Shown here one piece after another: positions 7,900-15,600 of a stretch of DNA of 32,000 nucleotides. Within the stretch, counting starts at the first letter, position 1. Each line of letters begins with the position of its first letter. The stretch spans positions 3,360,001 to 3,392,000 of the forward strand of contig NC_017448.1 of assembly GCF_000146505.1 (NCBI RefSeq), in the 5' to 3' direction. The notes under the pieces were generated by a model. The model was not told the origin of the DNA, did no database searches, and saw nothing but the letters and a program-made list of their open reading frames with translations. The DNA comes from Fibrobacter succinogenes subsp. succinogenes S85 (GTDB taxonomy: Bacteria; Fibrobacterota; Fibrobacteria; Fibrobacterales; Fibrobacteraceae). Both the position numbers and the translations under genes were made by a program.

Positions 7900-8595
7900 C
7901 TTGGGTACCGGCAAAAGAATTTTGGGCTTGACAGGCTTGTTTTCTGGAGCTAGCTCAAGAGCTTGCGACGGATAGGCTGAACTAATCCAGAGACTTCCGC
8001 TGTAGTTTTCTCCCGAAACGCTCGCCAATGTCGGAAATGTTTCCCCTGCATAGGATTTCCAGTTGGCAAGCGAAAAATAGCGCGGAGATTTTGGTGCGCC
8101 TCGCATTACCGCTTTCTCTGGATTGGGGAGAGAATCGACGACGAGGCTCCACCAGGTGTTTGAGGCTGCTGTGGCAAGAATGTTTTTATTAGGCTCAAGT
8201 TTTGTAGTGTCTGGACATTTGAAGTAGCCGTTTGCAAGGAGCTCCAAATCGTCAAGCTTTAAGGGGGTGAGGCCGATATTCTCACGGAGATGGTGGAGAC
8301 CAAGCTGCCTTTTAATCTTGCCCTCTTCAAATTCTATGTAACGGTATTTGCCTGCAGTGATGTAGGTGAACGGTCGGCTGTCGTTAGGCTTTACAAAAAA
8401 CGTATCGAGCGCATCGCTGTGGTGCCTCCATTCAATGGAGGCTCTTGTCCTGTTGCGTTCTTCGTTGACGAACTTCCCCTCGATGTTGATTATCATGGAT
8501 GCATTTGTTAAAAGGCGAGGGCAGACTTTTTGCTGGTTGCTGCTGGCCATTAAAGTGGCGGTCGAAACGCAAAGGGCGATAACCGTTATTTTCAT
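7819..8595 (-). CDS. Secreted hypothetical protein (possible LolA-like fold, weak support)
   Basis: The ORF is open to 8661, but ATG 8595 (or 8607) gives a clean signal peptide MKITVIALCVSTATLMASS. The longer form would start inside the recA terminator hairpin. No recognisable catalytic motif. Confidence 0.55.
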   Translation of the reverse strand: MKITVIALCVSTATLMASSNQQKVCPRLLTNASMIINIEGKFVNEERNRTRASIEWRHHSDALDTFFVKPNDSRPFTYITAGKYRYIEFEEGKIKRQLGLHHLRENIGLTPLKLDDLELLANGYFKCPDTTKLEPNKNILATAASNTWWSLVVDSLPNPEKAVMRGAPKSPRYFSLANWKSYAGETFPTLASVSGENYSGSLWISSAYPSQALELAPENKPVKPKILLPVPKLFGKIAVEGERKIPLILKLNQKLLSE

Positions 8596-8632
8596 GCCTT
8601 GAATCATATATTTTGAATATAGATAAATTTTT

Positions 8633-8685
8633 ATATAAAAGAAAACCCCGACCCATCCCAATGGCTGAAGGAAAGGTCGGGGTTT
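8633..8685 (-). terminator. Intrinsic terminator downstream of recA (hairpin usable on both strands)
   Basis: A 10-bp stem AACCCCGACC/GGTCGGGGTT (8644-8653 and 8675-8684). It is followed on the minus strand by TTTTCTTTTAT and on the plus strand by a T6 run. Confidence 0.65.
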
Positions 8686-8712
8686 ATGTTTTTTCAGGAA
8701 GAAAATTCGCTA

Positions 8713-9816
8713 TTAAGCTTCTTCTTGTATACTGGCTTCGCCGTCACCGTCGTCGCCAAGATCAACTGCGTCGTTTTCACCGAGCTTGAAGAGTTCTACG
8801 TCCTTCATGCTTTCGCGAATTTTCTGTTCAATTTCGCTGCAGAGTTCGGCGTTGTCCTTCAAGAAGAGACGGGTATTTTCGCGACCCTGGCCGATACGTT
8901 CGTTGTTGTAGCTGAACCAGGATCCGCTCTTTTGGATGATGTCGAGTTCGCAGGCGAGGTCTAGGATGGAAGCTTCACGAGAAATGCCCACACCGTAGAG
9001 TATGTCAAATTCGCACTGGGTAAACGGAGCGGCGACCTTGTTCTTCACAATCTTTACGCGGGTGCGGTTACCGATGACTTCTTCGCCGTTCTTGATGGCG
9101 GCGATGCGGCGGATGTCGATACGCTGTGTGGCGTAGAACTTGAGGGCATTACCGCCGGTGGTCGTTTCCGGGTTGCCGAACATCACGCCAATCTTCATAC
9201 GGAGCTGGTTGATGAAGAGCATGCAGGTGTTGGACTTGGAGAGAATGCCGGTGAGCTTGCGGAGAGCCTGGGACATAAGGCGAGCTTGGAGACCCACGTG
9301 GTTGTCGCCCATTTCACCGTTGATTTCGGCTTGCGGCACAAGGGCTGCCACAGAGTCCACGACGATGATGTCGATGGCGCCAGAACGCACGAGCGTTTCG
9401 GCGATGTCAAGAGCCTGTTCGCCGGTATCCGGCTGGGACACGAGGAGCGATTCGATATCGACACCGAGCTTGCGGGCGTAGACCGCGTCAAAAGCGTGTT
9501 CTGCATCGATGAATGCTGCTACGCCGCCGAGTTTCTGGGCTTCGGCGATGGCGTGCAAGGCAAGCGTCGTCTTACCAGAAGATTCAGGTCCGTAAATTTC
9601 AATGATACGGCCGCGGGGGAATCCTCCCACGCCGAGTGCCATGTCAAGCTGGATGCAACCCGTCGGGATGACTGGGATGTCTTCGACAGGCTGTTGACCG
9701 AGGGCCATGATGGAACCTTTACCGTAATTCTTTTCAATCTGGGCGATTGCTGCTTCGACTGCTTTTGCTTTTTCGCTGGAAAGGTTGCTGGTGGGTGTTG
9801 TTGTTTTCTTGGCCAT
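8713..9816 (-). CDS. recA: Recombinase RecA
   Basis: 367 aa with Walker [31 protein letters not shown] and the L2-loop region [28 protein letters not shown] lies 7 nt upstream of the ATG. Confidence 0.98.
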   Translation of the reverse strand: MAKKTTTPTSNLSSEKAKAVEAAIAQIEKNYGKGSIMALGQQPVEDIPVIPTGCIQLDMALGVGGFPRGRIIEIYGPESSGKTTLALHAIAEAQKLGGVAAFIDAEHAFDAVYARKLGVDIESLLVSQPDTGEQALDIAETLVRSGAIDIIVVDSVAALVPQAEINGEMGDNHVGLQARLMSQALRKLTGILSKSNTCMLFINQLRMKIGVMFGNPETTTGGNALKFYATQRIDIRRIAAIKNGEEVIGNRTRVKIVKNKVAAPFTQCEFDILYGVGISREASILDLACELDIIQKSGSWFSYNNERIGQGRENTRLFLKDNAELCSEIEQKIRESMKDVELFKLGENDAVDLGDDGDGEASIQEEA

Positions 9817-9848
9817 TGTTGACTCCGTTTTTATCTTTGTTTTTTGTT

Positions 9849-9877
9849 AATATACTAATTAGTGAACTTTTGTGCAA
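9849..9877 (-). promoter_or_regulatory. Candidate recA promoter with an overlapping LexA-type operator, located at the 3' end of the cinA-like ORF
   Basis: The minus strand reads TTGCAC (9877-9872), a 17-nt spacer, then TATATT (9854-9849), 33 nt upstream of the recA ATG. The imperfect palindrome TGAACTTTTGTGCA (plus strand 9863-9876) overlaps the -35 element and spacer. Confidence 0.45.
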
Positions 9878-10401
9878 GTGCTTTTTTGGCTATTCAGCAA
9901 AAAAAGGAGCTTGCTCATTATCATATACACGCTTTTTTCTCGGATTTGGCCTCGATTTCCTGCAAAAATTTCGCAAAAAGCTTCATTTTGCAAACTATTG
10001 GCGACACACATCCATACTGTACCGACAGGTTTTCCCGGTTCTGCTCCGGTTGGACCCGCGATTCCCGAAGTGGCGACCGCCCATTCGCAATTGAATTTCT
10101 TGCGGGCGCCTTCTGCCATGGCTTTTACGGTCTGTTCGCTGACCGCACCGTATTTTTCGAGGATTTCATCGCTAACTCCCAGCATTTCGTGCTTGACTTC
10201 GTTCTGGTAGGCTACGATTCCACCCTTCAAAATCGCAGAAGAACCAGGCTCGTTGACGATGCTTGATGCGATAAGCCCGCCCGTGCAGGATTCCGCAGTC
10301 GCCATCATCTCGCCTCGTTTGATCAGAGCTTCCTTGATTTTCATGGCAAGTTCGTGAATTTCGTGTTCGATATTGATCGTTTCGTTCATCATTACACCCA
10401 T
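9859..10401 (-). CDS. CinA C-terminal-domain protein (nicotinamide-nucleotide amidohydrolase PncC-like)
   Basis: 180 aa with ESCTGGLIASSIVNEPGSSAILKGGIVAYQNEVKHEMLGV, GAVSEQTV and ATSGIAGPTGAEPGKPVGTVW, matching the CinA/PncC deamidase domain. Alternative ATG starts exist at 10392 and 10389. It lies directly upstream of recA, a known linkage. Confidence 0.85.
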   Translation of the reverse strand: MGVMMNETINIEHEIHELAMKIKEALIKRGEMMATAESCTGGLIASSIVNEPGSSAILKGGIVAYQNEVKHEMLGVSDEILEKYGAVSEQTVKAMAEGARKKFNCEWAVATSGIAGPTGAEPGKPVGTVWMCVANSLQNEAFCEIFAGNRGQIREKSVYMIMSKLLFLLNSQKSTCTKVH

Positions 10402-10529
10402 AAGTTAAAAACATTAAATGTCAAAAACAGACATTTTAATGAAAACTTGAAAAAATAACGCGGAAAAATTAAATAACTTTCGGCGTGCTGTTGCGACTTT
10501 GTAAGAATCTTTTTCTATATTCGCCCTCA

Positions 10530-11615
10530 ATGGCTCTTAAATCATCTATAATGGCACTCTTGGCGCTGTGTGTATCGCTTTTCGCACAGGCTACGGTACC
10601 CGTAGTTCATTCCGACTCGGTCAGTGTGCCTGCGGCAGATGCAGAAGATGAGTCTGACGACGATGATTCGGTAGAAGCGCCTGTTGAAGAAAATTTTGAA
10701 GTTGTTGCGACTCCGCTGGTGAAGGGCAAAACGGGAATTTTGGCAATTGATACGCTCCCTGTGAACGAATGGGATATCCCGACAGAGCGCAATTCCCTCA
10801 AGTATGCCATGCTTTTTAGCCTCCTCCCGGGTGGCGGCCAGTATTACACGGAACATTACGTTCGTGGCGGATTCTTGACAGGCATTGAAGGCTTGCTGAT
10901 TTACGATGTCTTTTTTAACAGGTCTTACCAGCGCGATAGACTTTTGGACCGTGCTCGCCCCTTCCAAGATTCTGTCCTTTATTTCACGACGAAGGTGCTG
11001 GAGGCCAATAAAAACAAGGCTTCCCGCGATAGTATTGCAACGTACCATGCAAAGCGTCTGGAATTCCTAGAACGTGTGCGAGCGCAGAGCGATAAAAAAA
11101 TGGAACAGGAAGATGTACGCAAGGCAGAGGTGGCTTGGCTCATCGGTGTGCATTTGTACGGAATGTTTGATACTTTTGGCATCTGGTACAATAATAATTA
11201 CAGAAGTACTGAATATCGCGACATGAAGACTGCTGTTCTATGGGGACTTTTGCCGGGTGGTGGGCAGATTTTCAACCGTGATTTTGGCAAGGCGGGCCTT
11301 GTCTATATGGGTATTCTCGGAGCGATTGCAAGTGTTTCTACTTCGCAGAACATGGTCAATTATTACCTTGACCGTAAACACTTGGTCGAAAAAGAAAATC
11401 CCAAGTCCGAAGAGTACGATCGAATTACAGAACGTATAACGTATTATCGCAAAAACCGTAACACGTATATTTGGGGCGGAGTCTTAATTTACTTGTACTC
11501 CATTGCTGATGCTGCTGTAGATGCGCTCCTAAGCGATTTCGACAATCCCTTGCACATGGCCGTCCTCCCGAATTTTAACGGTGGCGCCCAAGCTTTGATG
11601 TCTTTGGATTTTTAA
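10530..11615 (+). CDS. Membrane protein with two DUF5683-like PGGGQ hairpin modules
   Basis: The ATG at 10530 gives the signal peptide MALKSSIMALLALCVSLFAQA; the track start at 10485 is GTG. The duplicated motifs LLPGGGQYYTEHYVRGGF and LLPGGGQIFNRDFGKAGL are each followed by hydrophobic helices. There is an acidic stretch DAEDESDDDDS. Confidence 0.6.
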   Translation: MALKSSIMALLALCVSLFAQATVPVVHSDSVSVPAADAEDESDDDDSVEAPVEENFEVVATPLVKGKTGILAIDTLPVNEWDIPTERNSLKYAMLFSLLPGGGQYYTEHYVRGGFLTGIEGLLIYDVFFNRSYQRDRLLDRARPFQDSVLYFTTKVLEANKNKASRDSIATYHAKRLEFLERVRAQSDKKMEQEDVRKAEVAWLIGVHLYGMFDTFGIWYNNNYRSTEYRDMKTAVLWGLLPGGGQIFNRDFGKAGLVYMGILGAIASVSTSQNMVNYYLDRKHLVEKENPKSEEYDRITERITYYRKNRNTYIWGGVLIYLYSIADAAVDALLSDFDNPLHMAVLPNFNGGAQALMSLDF

Positions 11616-12235
11616 GCTTTTTCCATTTTAAGCGAGGGCATTGGTATGCCGTCGTGAATCTTCGTGAACGTTCCGTGGTACATTCCATCTGCGTTACGAG
11701 TAAATTCAAAGCGCGTCACCATGGCATAGGTAAACATCCCTTCAACGAAGACTTCGTCCGGCAGTCCGCAGCGAGAATGCTGCAGTGCGGCGATTACGCC
11801 TGCGTGCGTGATGCACAGGAATTCTCCATCATCGGGGAGCTTATCCAAAAATTCACCTGCACGTTTGTCGATATCGTAAAAGTTTTCGCCTTCTGGAAAG
11901 CGGTAGCCGCGGAGGTCGCTTGTCCAGGCGTGCATCTCGGAGCGTGGAACTTCCGTCAGCTTTTGGCCTTCCCATGTCCCGAAGTTGAGTTCGATAATCG
12001 CAGGCTCTTTTTCGACGGGCAAGTCGAGCATTTTAGAGGCCTTGTCTGCGAACTTGGTGCAGCGGATGAGCGGACTTGAGAACAAACGAGTCGGCTTTGC
12101 TCCTGATTCTACGAGCGCCTTGAGCGCCTTGTCGGATTCATCTTCAAAAGTGGGGGAGACGTCAAAGTCTAGCCTTCCGTAGCAAACGTCTTTCGGATTG
12201 TAAGGCTTGGTATGTCGAATCGTCCAAAGAATCAT
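11612..12235 (-). CDS. Histidine phosphatase family protein (CobC/GpmB-like)
   Basis: 207 aa with an N-terminal catalytic-type WTIRHTKP (RHx motif) and a C-terminal ITHAGVI motif. Its stop codon overlaps the stop of the convergent upstream gene within TTAA at 11612-11615. Confidence 0.7.
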   Translation of the reverse strand: MILWTIRHTKPYNPKDVCYGRLDFDVSPTFEDESDKALKALVESGAKPTRLFSSPLIRCTKFADKASKMLDLPVEKEPAIIELNFGTWEGQKLTEVPRSEMHAWTSDLRGYRFPEGENFYDIDKRAGEFLDKLPDDGEFLCITHAGVIAALQHSRCGLPDEVFVEGMFTYAMVTRFEFTRNADGMYHGTFTKIHDGIPMPSLKMEKA

Positions 12236-12284
12236 TTTTAGTCAACAGTGGTTAGTGGTTAGTAAACAGGGGTTCGCTTATGGT

Positions 12285-12312
12285 CCAAAAATAAAAAAGC
12301 CCCGTGAGGGGC
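12285..12312 (-). terminator. Intrinsic terminator of the SRP RNA gene
   Basis: The minus strand reads GCCCC-TCAC-GGGGC followed by TTTTTTATTTTT. Confidence 0.8.
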
Positions 12313-12325
12313 GTTTTAAAAAAAA

Positions 12326-12421
12326 TCCTAGGCTACCTGAGCACATAAAGATCCGCAAGTCCGTTGCTGCTTTCGCCCTGGCGAGTTGCCCGCAAATAAT
12401 CATTGCGCAGGGCCTAGGACT
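12326..12421 (-). ncRNA. ffs: Signal recognition particle RNA (small bacterial 4.5S type)
   Basis: The minus-strand RNA is AGUCCUAGGCCCUGCGCAAUGAUUAUUUGCGGGCAACUCGCCAGGGCGAAAGCAGCAACGGACUUGCGGAUCUUUAUGUGCUCAGGUAGCCUAGGA. The ends pair as UCCUAGGC/GCCUAGGA then CCUG/CAGG. The apex is CCAGG-GC-GAAA-GC-AGCAA, matching the E. coli domain IV pattern CAGG-UCC-GGAA-GGA-AGCA. Below it sits a 4-nt/1-nt (CAAC/A) asymmetric loop. The element is flanked by a good promoter and a terminator. Confidence 0.65.
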
Positions 12422-12425
12422 CTGA

Positions 12426-12454
12426 AATATAGAATCAAAATACTTTTTTTTCAA
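12426..12454 (-). promoter_or_regulatory. Candidate sigma-70-type promoter of the SRP RNA gene
   Basis: The minus strand reads TTGAAA (12454-12449), a 17-nt spacer, then TATATT (12431-12426). The predicted start falls at about 12419-12421, the first nucleotides of the closing helix. Confidence 0.55.
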
Positions 12455-12570
12455 GGTGTTTTACGCTTTGTGTGGAACAAATTATCCCATATAATACAGA
12501 GAGTGTGTGATATGTCTTGTAAAGTGGTCTAAATTACCCCATTTTTTGTACTTTTCTGCGTAACTAATGT

Positions 12571-12598
12571 TTTACTGTTAAAAATTTGTTACTATATT
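12571..12598 (+). promoter_or_regulatory. Candidate promoter of giant gene 1
   Basis: TTTACT (12571-12576), a 16-nt spacer, then TATATT (12593-12598). The -10 sits in a GTTACTATATT block shared with the region upstream of giant gene 2. Confidence 0.4.
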
Positions 12599-12654
12599 CA
12601 GTATTAGGTGTTTGAGGTCATAAAAAACTGGATTTTTCTTATTCGGGGTTTGTT

Positions 12655-15600
12655 ATGAAAAAAGGAAATCTGTATTTGAGAACAATTTTGAGCACACTGG
12701 CGGCCGCACTAGGGCTGGCAGTCCCTGCTATGGCAGACGACGATGATTTGCCCGAAGTTGAACGAGACACCGTCTTGCTGAGTCCTCTTCATTTTGAAAA
12801 GGATGGTGCCGCCGTTACCGATGAAGCCCAAAACCAGTACCTCTGGAACGAGCTCATGAAGTACAAACTCTGGGGCACTGATTCTGTTATCTTTAATAAA
12901 GAGGATTTCAGAATTGCTGAACCGAGTGGTTATACTGGAACGGCTAAAGGTAAAGTCTATTTCCGTAATGGATACCACACGCTTGGCGGCCCGATTGTTT
13001 CTGGTAACGATATCGAAATCAGTTATCCAGGTATGGGTGCCGATTTCGACTCCCTACTGGTTGGGCCGGTTCGTGCAGGCTGGCTTGTGCTTGCGGGCTG
13101 GTATAATGCCCAGAACGTCAAATATGAGGGGAACTACTGCTTTGAAAACCAAATCTATTTTGACAGCCCCAATCGTACGGATGATTTAGCTAATTCGACT
13201 AGCATTGCGCAGCGTTTTATCCACAATGTCCATCAAAGTGGTGGAAAAGTTTATGCGGACTGGAATTTGGATAAAGATGGAATGCCTGGATTGTCTTGCC
13301 TAGTACCTTGCTCGGATGACGATGCTACATGTAAGTCTTACTGTAATACTCTTTTAAATGGCAAAGATTATCCTAATGAGTATTTAGATGGCTCGTTTAG
13401 TGAATGTCCAGAAGATGTTCCTACACCCGAAAAAAAACTTTCCGTTCCTTTAATGGAAAATATTACAAATTGGGAGCCTGCTATAGATGTTAGTGGAAAT
13501 TCTGGAAAGATTGTCTTTGTTCATGTCCCTCCCATAACAGATGCGGATTTGAAACAAAGTCCCAAAAAAGTTTGGTATGACAAGTATGTAGAAAATGTTA
13601 AGGCCGGTGGATCGCCGGGCGAAATTATTTATATCTTGATGCCTTCGAATAAACATAATGCGAATAAAAAAACAGGGCGTTTGACCCGTATTTTCTCTAG
13701 GGATGGCTTTAATTTTGAAAATTCTGCCAACAATTTGAGAATCCAAGTTGCTATTGTGAATGACGATGCTACTTGGAATAATACGACTCAAATGTGGGAA
13801 AATCTTAATGAACCTGAATACAATATACATGGAATATCGATTCAATCAGAAGATAAACCTTATTGGATTGAAAATGATGGAAGTGGTAAAGACGTATGGG
13901 TAAATTTAGACAAGCTTAACATAACTCCAGTAGCTGATTCGAATTATGCTGGTAATCTTTTGTTCTATACAACTGCCGATGTTGAATGGAAGGCTTTTAA
14001 GTATCAAGGTTCAGAAGATGGTGGTGAAGGTGCAAAATTCCAAGGTACTTTTATTACCTCGGGTGACTTTATTATAAATGACCACCTTAGTGTTGCAGGT
14101 CAGTTGATTGCAGGGAAAAAGCTTAAGTTCGAATCTAAGTTTAATGGTGAATTCCACTATGTTCCGTTCAACTCTCCTGAAATCAAGACAAACGTCTTTG
14201 CTGGTGACAAGTTTAAGGAAAAAACGGATAAGTGGTACGACATGGAATTCGCCCTGACGGATACCGCCCACACCGAAGTTTCCTTTGATTACTGCTTTGC
14301 GTTCTTCGGTATAGATCTTGATACAACTGGGGGCGCGTATGAAGCTCTCAAGAGTGAATCGGGTTCGTTTGCCGAACCTGCTGACTTGGGTATCACAATT
14401 GCAGAAAAGAAAATTCAGTCTAATACTGACCATGAAATGCCTCTTTGCCATCTTGGCGAGTCTAGACACATCGTTATTAAGAAGGGTCAGCGTAAGCCGA
14501 CCGTTCCTGAATATTCTTCTTGGCTTCATGTTGTCGATGATGACAAGATTGAAGGCGATGAATACATGTTGTTCAAGATTATGAACTTGAACGGTGCCGT
14601 TATCTCGGGTAACAAGTTCGAAGGTGGCCTCTTGGTCAAACTTGTGGATTCCAACAACAAGCCGCCTCACTTCGTGGATTTGGAAAAGACTAAACTTGCA
14701 GTTCCCGAAAATGCAACAAAGGCAATGGCCGGTAAAATCAAGGCCGAAGATAACGAAGGCGACGCTTACTTCTACGAAATTACGGGTGGTACGGCTCAGG
14801 ACTTGTTCGACATTGGCCTGACGACGGGTGTTGTAACGATGAAGAACGGTGTGGAACCGTTCGATTACGAAGAATGGAAAAAGGCTGGTACAAAGTACAC
14901 GATTAAGGTGGAACTTTGCGACACCAAGGCAACCTCGTTCAATACCTTGCTTTGCACGGACGCTACTTTCACGATTGACATTACGGATGTGAACGAAAAA
15001 CCTTACTTCGATTACGCCGATACCGACAAAAAGCAAATTTTTATTGCTGAAAACGAAACGTTCGCTTCGGATGCGGTCGCGTTTAAGGATTACGATACTT
15101 ATGCCGGTGCAACGAGCCCGTTCCTTAATAATAGGGTCGATATCATCGCTGGCGATGTTGATGTCTTTGACGTGACTCCGGGTGGTGTCCTTCGCACTAA
15201 GGATGGCGTCGTTCTTGATTACGAAATGAAGAATACGTACAAGGTTACGCTCAGAGTCCATGACGATAACAAGGATGCAACTACTGGCGAATATATTTAT
15301 CCGGACCTTTACGATGATATGGAATTCACGGTTGTCGTGACGGATGTCAATGACGGCCCGAAGTTCGATTATGCCGCTTACAATGGTTCTGTGAATGAGA
15401 ATTCTCCGGAAAGCACTTTGGTGAAAATGGATCATGCCATCAACGCAAAGACAACGCAGATTGGCGCTACCATCACCTATATCTTGTTGGATGAATCCAA
15501 GTCGTTTGTGATTGACCCGAATACGGGTGTTATCACTGTTGGTAAGGATGCTGTACTTGATTTTGAAACGAAGAACGTCTATGAATTGAAGGTCGTTGCT

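Noticed and set aside
8596-8661. Longer N-terminal extension of the 7819.. ORF (start at 8661, MGWVGVFFYIKIYLYSKYMIQG)
   Set aside because: The ATG at 8661 lies inside the loop of the recA terminator hairpin (8644-8684). The extension also precedes a perfectly good signal peptide starting at ATG 8595 (or 8607).
10485-10529. GTG start at 10485 for the PGGGQ membrane protein
   Set aside because: The ATG at 10530 yields a canonical signal peptide directly. The 15 upstream codons (MLLRLCKNLFLYSPS) add nothing recognisable.
11612-11615. Convergent genes sharing overlapping stop codons within TTAA
   Set aside because: This is a real but trivial 4-nt overlap that is common in compact genomes, with no regulatory implication that can be supported.
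12249-12262. Tandem 7-mer GGTTAGT GGTTAGT upstream of the histidine phosphatase gene
   Set aside because: There are only two copies with no further periodicity. It is most likely chance or part of an ordinary promoter region.
12207-12425. 72-aa plus-strand ORF between the histidine phosphatase gene and giant gene 1
   Set aside because: It overlaps the start of the phosphatase gene, a strong terminator hairpin and the SRP RNA on the other strand. It has no RBS or protein-like features.
13430-13437. A8 run in giant gene 1 (and A7 runs at about 13670, 19600 and 19770) as phase-variation tracts
   Set aside because: They encode Lys-Lys in AT-rich, Lys-rich segments where such runs are expected by composition. 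The tracts are short for poly-A slippage and far from the 5' end.
14011-15435. 474-aa antisense ORF inside giant gene 1
   Set aside because: Same codon-aligned antisense frame artefact as the 1095-aa ORF, and no recognisable protein features.
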